From a virus (lineage: Duplodnaviria > Caudoviricetes), in the IMG/VR virus record IMGVR_UViG_3300031539_000005, positions 1-64,000 of that record: DNA of 64,000 bases. One strand, given 5' to 3'. Position numbers and translations under genes: made by a program. The notes below the pieces were generated by a model. It searched no databases and was not told where the DNA came from. It worked only from the letters and a program-made list of their open reading frames with translations. This document shows positions 35,964 through 45,411 of this stretch, piece after piece; position 1 is the stretch's first letter; each line of letters starts with the position of its first letter.

Positions 35964-37853
35964 ATGAGTCATTTTCAATATAGAGATATAGATCTAAATG
36001 CCGGAAATATAGTTCAAGGCAGAATTTCTAATATTGACTATGATCGTTTAACGGCTAGTGTCGATAGAATTGGACAAAATATTCCTATTCATTATCATTG
36101 TGCAGATTTTGAGCCAACAGGAATTATAGCTCCCTTCGATCAAATCTATCCGGATGAAAATGATATGCAGGGAGCTTACGCTTTTCGGGAAGGGGATATT
36201 GTCCTTGTTATGTATCGCAGGGCTGGAAATAGGATTCCTGTAATTATAGGTTTTCCTTCTGGAACAAGAGCTTGTGGAATTCAAGGAATATTCATTATCG
36301 ATCTTTACTTTCTTAGAGGGTATGCATACAGAATAGCCTGGGATGGAAGATCTGGTGATTATTTATGTGGAGTCGTTGATGAAGGTGGAAATGCAATTTC
36401 TTTTCCAGAAAAAGTAGAAATTGAAGATCTTGAAGCTCATTCTGTGACTGTGTTTCCTTCGGATGCTTGGATTTCAAAAAACTTAAAAGTTTCTGCTGAT
36501 AATAATTTGTGGAATCCAATAAGTGGTTCTAATTTTACTTGGAATCCTGAGCCAAACACTTACGATGAATCTGATAATGTAATAGCAGTTAATGGAATGA
36601 AATGGGCTCAGGATGTTGTGAGAGTCTCTAGTTCTGGCCTTCTTTCTCTCACAACAATGCCAAGTTGTGCTTATCCGCATACAACTGGTCATGACTATGG
36701 CGAAAGTGGTGCTATAGATGGAGTAATGAGACCGGTAGAACAAATTGATTATGATATTATTGTTATTGCAGGAGGGATGTCTGATATCTATCCTAATGTT
36801 CCGGGTTCTGGATCCATTACAATTTCATTTAATGCAAATGGAGATTCGGCAAGCGGAATAAGAGAATCAGAGGAATCTCTTGATGAATGTGAGGTTATGT
36901 TTATAAATGGTCTTGCAACTTGGGCTAGAGGAGCAGCGGCTACACTTTCAATTTCTTCTATTAATGCTAAGTTTTCATGGTGTTCTGGAGCTGATTATCC
37001 TCTGCATGGGGATTGTACTCCTTATATAAATTTTAAGGGATATGCTGTTACTAGATCTCTATATATCGAAGGAGGTTCCGAAAGTGAATATGATGGTTCA
37101 GGATGTGATCGTTTGGGAAATTCTTTATCTCAATCTTATAGATCTTTTGCAAAAGCGAAACTCTATGGTTCTGGAAACCCACCTCATAATGTTAGAGGCT
37201 ATTGGGCCATGTATGGAGAGGAGGGTCCATTTTTCTATCGTGATGATTGGGTTGGAGATTGGTATAATCAAGCATATACTTCAATTGAAGAAACTTCAGA
37301 AATGGTAGATGATTCCGAGGATGGCTATGATGCTTTTTATATGACAAGTCAGAGCTTGCAAGCTCAAAATGGAAGTTTGAGAAAGACATGTAATAGACTA
37401 AAGCGCTCAATTTCTCTAAGCCATTATGATAATGCAATGAATTATATTCATACAATGTTTACTGAACAAATGAGTCTTGGACTAATTAATCACGGAACTT
37501 GGGAGACAAGAGGAGCTAGAAGTAGTTATCAGCCTGGAGTTGCCAGTGTTATTACTTATACGAATTATTGGACAATGCCTTGTGCAAGGACGATTGGGGC
37601 CTTCAGTTCTATCTCTCTTATTCATATTGAAACTTGGACTCTTATGAGAAATCCGGGTTCTGCTCGTTCTTTCACTTATGGCTGTCATGTTCGGGTAGAG
37701 GAAACTGATTTATCAATAGATCCAAACAATGCTTCTAGAGAAACCGATATTGAGAATGCTATTAATTCTGTTTTTTCACTTGAAGCATCAGAAAGTCTTA
37801 ACGATGAAGATATGTTTCATATATCAGATGTTAAAATTTACGAAGCACTTTAA
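35964..37853 (+). CDS. Putative tail spike / receptor-binding protein
   Basis: N-terminal VQGRISNID..ASV...IPIHYHC...AFREGDIVLV..PVIIGF (OB-fold-like spike anchor); variable-looking C-terminal region. Confidence 0.55.
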   Translation: MSHFQYRDIDLNAGNIVQGRISNIDYDRLTASVDRIGQNIPIHYHCADFEPTGIIAPFDQIYPDENDMQGAYAFREGDIVLVMYRRAGNRIPVIIGFPSGTRACGIQGIFIIDLYFLRGYAYRIAWDGRSGDYLCGVVDEGGNAISFPEKVEIEDLEAHSVTVFPSDAWISKNLKVSADNNLWNPISGSNFTWNPEPNTYDESDNVIAVNGMKWAQDVVRVSSSGLLSLTTMPSCAYPHTTGHDYGESGAIDGVMRPVEQIDYDIIVIAGGMSDIYPNVPGSGSITISFNANGDSASGIRESEESLDECEVMFINGLATWARGAAATLSISSINAKFSWCSGADYPLHGDCTPYINFKGYAVTRSLYIEGGSESEYDGSGCDRLGNSLSQSYRSFAKAKLYGSGNPPHNVRGYWAMYGEEGPFFYRDDWVGDWYNQAYTSIEETSEMVDDSEDGYDAFYMTSQSLQAQNGSLRKTCNRLKRSISLSHYDNAMNYIHTMFTEQMSLGLINHGTWETRGARSSYQPGVASVITYTNYWTMPCARTIGAFSSISLIHIETWTLMRNPGSARSFTYGCHVRVEETDLSIDPNNASRETDIENAINSVFSLEASESLNDEDMFHISDVKIYEAL

Positions 37854-37868
37854 TTAAAGGAGAAGAGG

Positions 37869-38210
37869 ATGACAGAAAAGTCAGAAGAAATTGTCATAGC
37901 AGAATCAGAAGAAACAAAGCTACTGAATGCTGATATGGCCTCGGTTGTATTTAGTAACTTAAAGCTTTTCATTAATGATTATATGAAAAGGTTTGATCCT
38001 ATCTTTAAGATTGTAGAAGATACAAAGCTAAATTTAGCAACTCTTTCTACTTTACTTTCTGAAAAGAAAGTGTTTAATTTAGAAGAATTTAAAGAATGCT
38101 TTGATAAAATTTACCAGTCTTTTGGGGTAGTTCTAGATGACGGAAGTATGAATGGAACAGTTATCCTTACTAAATATAATTGGGAAAGTGAAAGGAGCAC
38201 AGATAAATGA
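37869..38210 (+). CDS. Hypothetical protein (paralog of 54668..55006), coupled to GT9
   Basis: GVVLDDGSMNGTVILTKYNW vs GIVDATGNMTGTPIFSLYNF; ATGA overlap with GT9. Confidence 0.7.
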   Translation: MTEKSEEIVIAESEETKLLNADMASVVFSNLKLFINDYMKRFDPIFKIVEDTKLNLATLSTLLSEKKVFNLEEFKECFDKIYQSFGVVLDDGSMNGTVILTKYNWESERSTDK

Positions 38211-39328
38211 GAGTAGTTCAGATGGCAAAGGGCTGTGAAATTAAATCTGGCGACAGAGTAGTCGGGAATTTTGAAGAAGAAAAATTCTATATAATGTCAG
38301 ATGCTTTTCATGAACAGCTTACTATGATAACAGAAAATCTTTTTGGTCTTGAAATTCCCTTTAGGGAAGTTTACAGAGGCTATAATGGAGAGGATCTCAA
38401 CAACAAAAAGGTGATCATGTTAAGACATGGCGGCGGAGGAGATATTCTTTTTATGACTACTGGCATTAAGGAATTAAAGAGAAGATATCCAGAAGCTCAT
38501 TTTTCCATAGCAGTCGGGCAGCAATATTTAGGATTAGTCAAAAATGAACCTGAGATAGAAGCCATCTATGATTTGCCTTTGCTTTTAGATGTGTGGAACA
38601 ATTTTCACTACCATTTAATATTCGAAGGCATTATTGAAAACAATCCCGAGGCATCAAGAGTTAATGCTTATGATCTTTTTATGGACAAAATGCATTTGGA
38701 TTTAACTGGAGTTCCTGCTGAACACAAAATTCCCACCATCCATATAGCTCTCGCTGATCGGACCAAGTTCTTTCCTTCTATGAAAGATTACAATCTAGAA
38801 AGAACTCAGGTTGGAATTCAAGTTGAAGCCAGTAGTCCTATTCGTAATTACCCTCCGGCGAATTATATTGAAATATCCAGAGGACTGATTGAAAGAGGAT
38901 GTGATATATTTTTATTTGGCAGCGGTCAACAAACTTTAATCATTGAATCTTTAGTCAAGAAACTAGGTTCGCCACATGTTTTCCCCAAAATTTGTGAAAG
39001 TATTACTGAAGCTATAGTCGTTGCGAGCTATATGGACTATTTCATTGCTCCAGACTCGCTTTTCATCCATATAGCAGGAGCCTTTCAGATTCCAGTAATT
39101 GGAATTTATGGGCCATTTCATTCTGAATTAAGAATGAAATATTTTAAAAATGCTATAGGAATCGATTTAGAAACTGGATGCTCGCCATGTTTTCAACATG
39201 GTCACAGCCCATGTCTAAGAGGAAGTCCAAGTCCATGTTTTTCTTTAGTTAAACCAGAGATCGTTTTAATGGCATTTGATAAACTCAGAATAGAAGTAAA
39301 AGGAGAGAGGAATGAACAGAAAAGTTAG
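38207..39328 (+). CDS. Glycosyltransferase family 9
   Basis: RHGGGGDILFMT; IAPDSLFIHIAGAFQIPVIGIYGP; CSPCF. Confidence 0.85.
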   Translation: MRVVQMAKGCEIKSGDRVVGNFEEEKFYIMSDAFHEQLTMITENLFGLEIPFREVYRGYNGEDLNNKKVIMLRHGGGGDILFMTTGIKELKRRYPEAHFSIAVGQQYLGLVKNEPEIEAIYDLPLLLDVWNNFHYHLIFEGIIENNPEASRVNAYDLFMDKMHLDLTGVPAEHKIPTIHIALADRTKFFPSMKDYNLERTQVGIQVEASSPIRNYPPANYIEISRGLIERGCDIFLFGSGQQTLIIESLVKKLGSPHVFPKICESITEAIVVASYMDYFIAPDSLFIHIAGAFQIPVIGIYGPFHSELRMKYFKNAIGIDLETGCSPCFQHGHSPCLRGSPSPCFSLVKPEIVLMAFDKLRIEVKGERNEQKS

Positions 39329-40046
39329 CTTTATTATCGTTGCCTATGATAATCCTGATCATCTTGGGCGCACAGTAGAAACTATTCAATCCCATACGGA
39401 TTATCTGAACAAAGAGATTATTGTATCTCATAACAAATCCGACACCATTGCGGATGAGAAGATTAAAGAGTTGTTGACCGTCTGGAATTCTAATTGGGAC
39501 AATTTCAAGTTTGTGGTAAATGATGAAAATCTTTATCATGGTAAAGGATGTATGAATGGCTATGCCTTAATTGATCCTGAAACAGAATTTGTTGTTTTTT
39601 GCAATGATGATATCTTCATTCCTGCTAGTCAATCTGATTGGCTTGATAAGATGCTTGGGTTTATGGAAGAGCATCCCGAAGTGGCGACCCTTACTCCTTC
39701 TCTTTATTCTGCAAAAGAAACTCTTTACTGGTGTGGTAAGCAAGATCCATCTGCTCCATATCATGATTTTTTACATTTTCCCAAAGGCGATATCCGAATC
39801 CCGACGAGAGTTTTGGAAACTTGTTACAATAATTTTGCTGTTTTGTTGACTCGTAGGTTTTTGGTAGATGAAATTCCTATAGGTCAAAGCTGTCCCCACT
39901 ATGGTTCCGATAGCGAATTCTGTAACAGAATAAAAGAGAAATATCCTGTAATGATTCACATGGTCATTCCAGAGATAAAGTTGTATCATTACAATATATT
40001 CAATCTGCGAACCAATTACGGAAAGGATAATGTGGTGAAAGGATAG
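39312..40046 (+). CDS. Glycosyltransferase family 2
   Basis: VSFIIVAYD; VVFCNDDI; YGSDSEFC. Confidence 0.8.
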   Translation: MNRKVSFIIVAYDNPDHLGRTVETIQSHTDYLNKEIIVSHNKSDTIADEKIKELLTVWNSNWDNFKFVVNDENLYHGKGCMNGYALIDPETEFVVFCNDDIFIPASQSDWLDKMLGFMEEHPEVATLTPSLYSAKETLYWCGKQDPSAPYHDFLHFPKGDIRIPTRVLETCYNNFAVLLTRRFLVDEIPIGQSCPHYGSDSEFCNRIKEKYPVMIHMVIPEIKLYHYNIFNLRTNYGKDNVVKG

Positions 40047-40050
40047 ACGC

Positions 40051-40632
40051 ATGACTCCTTCTCAGATTCGGAGATTGCAATATCTGACAGACAATATTAT
40101 CTATTGTAGAAAATGTGACAGACTAAGACTTAATGGAATAGCTATTCCGTATTGGAATCCTAAAAGTAAATATGTCATATTAGCTGAAGGTCCAGGAAGA
40201 AATGAAGTAGAGGATATGACTCCATTAGTTGGAGATGCTGGCAAATTGACTTTCAGAGAGATCCGGAAAATTATAGGATTAAAGCGTGAAGACTTTTTTC
40301 TAATTAATAGCGTTCAATGCAGACCTCTAACTCCAGAAGGAAGGAATGGAAAGCCTACTTTTGGCGAGATAGAAAATTGTAGTTTTTGGATAAATAAATA
40401 TCTAGAAACAATTAAGCCAAAGTATCTATTAGCTTTTGGAAATTATGCTATGGACTTTCTCTTTCGTGAAAATACTGGCATCGTAAGTAAATGCGGAACT
40501 CATAGATTATATGATCTATGTGGAAATAAAATTAATGTCTTTCCTTGTATTCATCCCGCTAATGTAATTTACAATCCAGAAAATATTGAACTCTTCAGAA
40601 AATCTCTAAGGAGATTTAGAAAGGAAATTTAG
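40051..40632 (+). CDS. Uracil-DNA glycosylase family 4
   Basis: CRKC, AEGPGRNE, LVGDAG, INSVQCRP, HPA motifs. Confidence 0.88.
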   Translation: MTPSQIRRLQYLTDNIIYCRKCDRLRLNGIAIPYWNPKSKYVILAEGPGRNEVEDMTPLVGDAGKLTFREIRKIIGLKREDFFLINSVQCRPLTPEGRNGKPTFGEIENCSFWINKYLETIKPKYLLAFGNYAMDFLFRENTGIVSKCGTHRLYDLCGNKINVFPCIHPANVIYNPENIELFRKSLRRFRKEI

Positions 40633-40634
40633 AA

Positions 40635-41645
40635 ATGACTACTATGAAATTCTATGATGTTGTGTTGTTTGCGAAGTATAATTTTCATTTATCTTGTTTA
40701 TCTCCAATCAGTGTGGAGCTTACCAAACTTGATATAGACCATCTACTCACCACAAAGCGCTATCAAATATATGATATGTGTACAGAGCATAACCGTAAGA
40801 TAAAGATCTTTGTTATGTCAGATGAATGGATTGACTTATTCAGGACTGCTGCTGAAATTATTATTACCACCGGACATTCTCTAGCAAGCAAGAATACAAC
40901 TTTCAATCAGCGTAATGTAAATGCTGATTATATCTGTGCTACAAGCGAATGGCAAAAAGAAGAATTCTCTATAAGAAGTATAAGGCCCCGAAAAGAAATT
41001 TGGACTACTGGTTATCCGGCAGCAGATAGGATTCTTCTAAAAAAATTGAATCCAAAGTCCAACTGGTCGAATTTATTTTATGATAATGGTAAAAAGAATA
41101 TTCTATTTGCTCCTACCTATAATAGAGATCTTAATTTCATGGATAACTTGGTTCAAAACCCTTTGATCTTTGAAAAATTACAAAAGTATAATGTAGCTTT
41201 CAAGTTACATCCGGTATTGATTAAGAAATATCCCGAATATGAATCATTTCTTCTAGATATAGTTCATAAATGGTCTAATGTTTTTTGGGATCAAAATAGT
41301 CATGGTGATATAAGTGATGCTATTCTCTGGGCAGATACTATTGTAGGCGATTGTAGTGGAGCACTCTTCTTGAGCCTTGCAAAAAATATTCCTATTGTAG
41401 CATTCAATAATCCGAGAAAGGCAGAAAGTCCCTATTTTGATCCTATCGGCCCCGAGTGGATTTTCAGAGATGAGTATGCCTATACCATTGACGATATGGA
41501 AAATCTGTTCGGTACTCTGGAAGAAATCTTCAATATAGACTGGAAGAACAAAAGGAGAGAAGGAGTAAGGAATACAGTTTTTGGAAATTCAATAGATGGT
41601 CTCTCAGCTATGAGAATTGCAAGAAATATTAGAGCTCTTCTATAA
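40635..41645 (+). CDS. CDP-glycerol glycerophosphotransferase (TagB/TagF)-like GT-B protein
   Basis: TGYPAAD; ILFAPTY; KLHP; ADTIVGDCSG. Confidence 0.75.
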   Translation: MTTMKFYDVVLFAKYNFHLSCLSPISVELTKLDIDHLLTTKRYQIYDMCTEHNRKIKIFVMSDEWIDLFRTAAEIIITTGHSLASKNTTFNQRNVNADYICATSEWQKEEFSIRSIRPRKEIWTTGYPAADRILLKKLNPKSNWSNLFYDNGKKNILFAPTYNRDLNFMDNLVQNPLIFEKLQKYNVAFKLHPVLIKKYPEYESFLLDIVHKWSNVFWDQNSHGDISDAILWADTIVGDCSGALFLSLAKNIPIVAFNNPRKAESPYFDPIGPEWIFRDEYAYTIDDMENLFGTLEEIFNIDWKNKRREGVRNTVFGNSIDGLSAMRIARNIRALL

Positions 41646-41656
41646 GGAGGAATGAT

Positions 41657-41791
41657 ATGTTTAGTAGCCAGAAAGGAAATACCAGAGGACCTACTCGAAA
41701 GGGGGGGAAGTCCATGAAGCCAATCGGACCACCTAAGAACGCCCCTGGGAATAAGCCTTCTAAGGGGAAAGAAAAAGAGGAAAAGAAGTAG
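41657..41791 (+). CDS. 44-aa basic G/K/P-rich peptide (MFSSQKGNTRGPTRKGGKSMKPIGPPKNAPGNKPSKGKEKEEKK)
   Basis: Strong SD TAAGGAGG upstream of the ATG; below the ORF-track length cutoff. Confidence 0.6.
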   Translation: MFSSQKGNTRGPTRKGGKSMKPIGPPKNAPGNKPSKGKEKEEKK

Positions 41792-41955
41792 ACTTCTTGT
41801 TGTCTCTTCTTATTTCTTATGTATTTTCTTTTAGTTTCTGATATATATAGTCGAAATTTCTTTAATTCAGAATTAGAGAGAAGCTTGATTGAATCTGAAT
41901 TACGGTTATAGCTAAAAAAACAGTAACTCTAAAAGTTATCTAATTTATATAACAT

Positions 41956-41999
41956 ATATATAAAAATTCTCTCTTATCTCTTATCGAATTTTTATATAT
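41956..41999. repeat. Perfect 14-bp inverted repeat with 16-nt spacer
   Basis: ATATATAAAAATTC (41956-41969) / GAATTTTTATATAT (41986-41999). Confidence 0.85.
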
Positions 42000-42114
42000 T
42001 AGTTTAACAAACTAGCTTACCTCTTTAAGAGTTTCTATGTCGTTCTCTTTAAAGTTTTCTTTATCTATAACCAGAAAAATTCTGAATCCCGACGTCTGAC
42101 GAGGATTAGAAATA

Positions 42115-42263
42115 AATATTAAGGACAGTTCACGAACGTAAATTTGGCAATCTGAACCCCCTAAAAAAGCCCATGTATCCGGTTAAAGTTTCGATTATGC
42201 CCCTTTTTTTAGTATGAGTCCTGACATGCAGATAAGAATAAATGTGAATATTAAGGACAGTTC
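42115..42263 (+). repeat. 17-bp direct repeat AATATTAAGGACAGTTC (two copies)
   Basis: Copies at 42115-42131 and 42247-42263. Confidence 0.85.
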
Positions 42264-42323
42264 CTTGAATTTAATTCTAAAAACTAAACTTTTAAAAACT
42301 GAAATTTTGAGGAGGTAAAGGAA

Positions 42324-42896
42324 ATGAAATCTTTTATATCAGGTGATGTTCTTGGTCTTTCCGATCAGAAACAATGTGTTTTTGTAATCATAAATGAGGA
42401 ACTCGTGGGATATATCCCTTCATCAATCTTTTATCTTAAGGTAAGAGATGATGAACTTCTTCCTCCTACTTCTAAAAATCAGGAAGAATTTATTAAATAT
42501 AAGAATTTTGGAGGAGTCATTCCTGAAGGATTAGTTATATCAGGAAATGTTAGGTCAACGATAGATCTAAAAAAGATGATGAGGGATACTCTACAAGAAG
42601 AAAAGAAAGAAGAAGAAGTTATTCAGGTTGTTGTTCCAGAAAAAGTTATTGTAGATACTCCAAAAGAAGTTGAGATAGAACCTATACAAGAAGTTGACTT
42701 AGTCATTCCGGAAAGAGATTCCAAAATTAAGCCTGAAGCTCCTATTGAAATCATTCCTGAAGCCCCTATTGAAATTGTTCCGCATCATACTATTTCAACA
42801 CACGAAAAAAAAACAAAAGAATCAAAAAAGATTAAAAAAGCTAGACTGAAGTCCCAAAAAATATCTGAAGAAAGAGAAACTAAGTTTAGAAAATAG
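42324..42896 (+). CDS. Hypothetical protein with low-complexity E/P/I then K-rich C-terminus
   Basis: SD GAGGAGGT; tandem PEAPIEI repeat. Confidence 0.7.
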   Translation: MKSFISGDVLGLSDQKQCVFVIINEELVGYIPSSIFYLKVRDDELLPPTSKNQEEFIKYKNFGGVIPEGLVISGNVRSTIDLKKMMRDTLQEEKKEEEVIQVVVPEKVIVDTPKEVEIEPIQEVDLVIPERDSKIKPEAPIEIIPEAPIEIVPHHTISTHEKKTKESKKIKKARLKSQKISEERETKFRK

Positions 42897-42947
42897 AAAT
42901 TAGTATTATTGGGTAGTGGCAAACTAAAAAATAACTTATCTATCAAA

Positions 42948-43279
42948 ATGTCAAAAGCTACCAAAAAAAAATGTAAATGTGGCGAAACCACTTATACTCA
43001 AAGTGGTATTTGCAAAAAATGTCAACCTCCTAAAAGTAAAAAAAAATACTTGAACTTGAGCCTGAAGCAGAAATAAATAATTTTGAACAAATACTCCTAG
43101 AAGTAAATCTTACAAATAAACCAAATGTCTTAAAGGCTTTAGAACAAATTGCTAATCGGGATATAAGAACAGTGGAAGAACAAGCTTTGTATTATATTAT
43201 CTCTTGTTTAAAAGATGAAGTAGATGTGCGCTTGCTCTTAAATAATAAAGATAAATCTCTAAAAGGAGAAAAGTCATGA
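42948..43279 (+). CDS. Gene split by a -1 frameshift at an A9 run (N-terminal CxC...CxxC zinc finger + helical, possibly RHH-like C-terminus)
   Basis: MSKATKKKCKCGETTYTQSGICKKCQPPKSKK to A9 at 43038-43046; the -1 frame continues KILELEPEAE...LEQIANRDIRTVEEQALYYI...KS* and ends in an ATGA overlap with 43276. Confidence 0.55.
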
Positions 43280-44214
43280 ATGACAGTTTATTTATTTCTA
43301 TTGTTATGCCTACCCATGAACATGGTTGGGAAGTTGAACAAGCAATGAAGAGTCTAGAGAGGCAGACCGGAATATATCCATCCGAATATGAAATTGTTAT
43401 TGTAGATTCTGCTCCAGATGAAGGCTATACAAGGAGGATTGCTGCTGAAAACTATAGAAAATATGGAAATGTCAGGTATATAGAAGTCTATGACATCAAG
43501 GAAAGAGGAATTACCAACGCAGGATACTGTGGAAACATTGGAGCAAGAATGTTTGCTGAATTCCCTATCCTGATTCTCATAGTAGATTCTGCAAGACTTG
43601 TAACTCCTGGAGCAATCAGGAAAACCAGAGATGCCTTTGCACGTTGGGGAAATGATATCACTACTACAATTCCTCCTTATCACATTGGTAAGCATTATGA
43701 TGATTCCAGTTGGACTGTTAAGCAATGTAGAGAATTGATGTCAACGCTTCGTTGGGAAATTGACGCATACCATTTATTTGATGCTGCTGCACATACCAAA
43801 ATTAGCAGTACTGGAAATATCGGTGAATCTACCTTCCAAGGAATTACCAAGGAAAACTTTATCAAAATTGGTGGATGGAATGAGGTCTACAAATCATGGG
43901 GCGTTCATAATCTTGATTTGTGGAGACGTAGTACTCGTCCTCTTCCAGAAGGTGGTCTTGACAATCAGTTAAAGAATGTCATAGGACGATGGGGGAAAGT
44001 TGGTTTGGGATTAAAGGTGATTAACATAGAAGATGAAGGGACTTTTCACATTCATCATAAAATATCTATTCCACGAAATCATGGAAATTTTGCTACAGAT
44101 AATGAATCGGCATGGTCTGAATATGATTCTCTAAATGAATGTATTGTCGCCAATATTAATCGTCCAAATTGGGGACAGGGTAATTGTCAAGAAATCAACC
44201 TTTCAAAAATATAG
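43276..44214 (+). CDS. Glycosyltransferase family 2
   Basis: ISIVMPT; YEIVIVD; IGGWNE....WG..NLDL.RR. Confidence 0.85.
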   Translation: MNDSLFISIVMPTHEHGWEVEQAMKSLERQTGIYPSEYEIVIVDSAPDEGYTRRIAAENYRKYGNVRYIEVYDIKERGITNAGYCGNIGARMFAEFPILILIVDSARLVTPGAIRKTRDAFARWGNDITTTIPPYHIGKHYDDSSWTVKQCRELMSTLRWEIDAYHLFDAAAHTKISSTGNIGESTFQGITKENFIKIGGWNEVYKSWGVHNLDLWRRSTRPLPEGGLDNQLKNVIGRWGKVGLGLKVINIEDEGTFHIHHKISIPRNHGNFATDNESAWSEYDSLNECIVANINRPNWGQGNCQEINLSKI

Positions 44215-44223
44215 GGGACAATT

Positions 44224-44658
44224 ATGAAAGTAGTCGCAGTAAGCGGGGGATTTGATCCTATTCATCCAGGACATATAGACTTGTTTAGACAAGCTAAAGA
44301 ATATGGAAATCATCTTTTGGTAATTTTGAATAATGATAACTGGCTCATGAAGAAAAAAGGGTATGTCTTTATGCCTCAGAATTACAGAAGAAAGATATTA
44401 GAATCTATTCGTTATGTAGATCTTGTTGTTTATTCTTATCACAGTGAAGATGATACTGATCTTTCTGTACGGAGAGAATTAATCATCCTTCATCCACAGA
44501 TATTTTGTAATGGGAAAAGCTATGATGTCAATAATTGTCCAGAAACAGAGGTATGTAGAGAATTAGGAATCGAAATGATTTTTGGACTTACGAGTTCTAC
44601 AACGATAGGAATTTCAAGTACAGATCTTTTAAAGCAAGTCTCAGGCTTCATTATTTGA
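44224..44658 (+). CDS. Cytidylyltransferase/adenylyltransferase (TagD / RfaE domain II-like)
   Basis: SGGFDPIHPGH HxGH motif; LESIRYVD; ISSTDL. Confidence 0.85.
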   Translation: MKVVAVSGGFDPIHPGHIDLFRQAKEYGNHLLVILNNDNWLMKKKGYVFMPQNYRRKILESIRYVDLVVYSYHSEDDTDLSVRRELIILHPQIFCNGKSYDVNNCPETEVCRELGIEMIFGLTSSTTIGISSTDLLKQVSGFII

Positions 44659-44670
44659 AAAGGATTTCTG

Positions 44671-45402
44671 ATGTTGCTTTCAATAATAATAAGAACTTGG
44701 AATAGACTGGAATATACAATCAGGACAATTGTAAGTATTTCTGAACACTGCGGTCTTCCTAAAGACCGATACGAAATAATTTGTGTTGACCAGAATTCCA
44801 ATGATGGAACTAAAGAATGGCTACGTGATGCTTCTTGTTGTGGCTATTACCCCATAAAACCTATAATTCTTTCAGAGAATGTTGGAGATGGTTGCGGAAT
44901 GAATGTTGGATTTAGTGCAGCTAAAGGAGAGTTTTTTGCTCAGCATGATAATGATATTGAGCTTATTACTCCTTACTACTATGCTAAACTAATTTCTCTC
45001 TATAAGGGGCTTGAATTTAACAGAATTAAATTATGTGCTCTCTCTGGAAGCCATAAGCAAGGAATTAATTTAGAATCTACTCCTATGAGATTTGCAAGAG
45101 AAAGGCATGGTCATACTTTTTTTAGGCATGGAATCCATGATGTTCATTATTCATCTTGGGTAACAGCCAGTTTTATTTTTAGGAAAGAATTTTCTTCTCT
45201 TGAATTTACGAAAGGAATGTGTAATAGCTGGTGTGGAGAATGGTTTGATCGTGGGTATGAAAATATTCTTTGTGATGATTTAAAGTTCTGGCATATTGAT
45301 TCAGATTCAGAAGGAGGAGAATACGTACAAGAACAATATAAGAAATTTCCCACCTATACTTACATCAAGCGTCATTATAGACCATTTCTAAAAGTGAAAT
45401 AA
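44671..45402 (+). CDS. Glycosyltransferase family 2
   Basis: LSIIIRTWNR; VDQNSNDGT; QHDNDI. Confidence 0.85.
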   Translation: MLLSIIIRTWNRLEYTIRTIVSISEHCGLPKDRYEIICVDQNSNDGTKEWLRDASCCGYYPIKPIILSENVGDGCGMNVGFSAAKGEFFAQHDNDIELITPYYYAKLISLYKGLEFNRIKLCALSGSHKQGINLESTPMRFARERHGHTFFRHGIHDVHYSSWVTASFIFRKEFSSLEFTKGMCNSWCGEWFDRGYENILCDDLKFWHIDSDSEGGEYVQEQYKKFPTYTYIKRHYRPFLKVK

Positions 45403-45411
45403 GAGGATAGT

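Noticed and set aside
34750-37853. Diversity-generating retroelement target in the receptor-binding genes
   Set aside because: No reverse transcriptase and no TR/VR repeat pair differing at adenines were seen in the window.
44656-44673. TGA readthrough fusing the cytidylyltransferase to the in-frame GT2
   Set aside because: The upstream domain is complete, the GT2 ATG has its own AAGGA SD, and no SECIS-like hairpin was seen.
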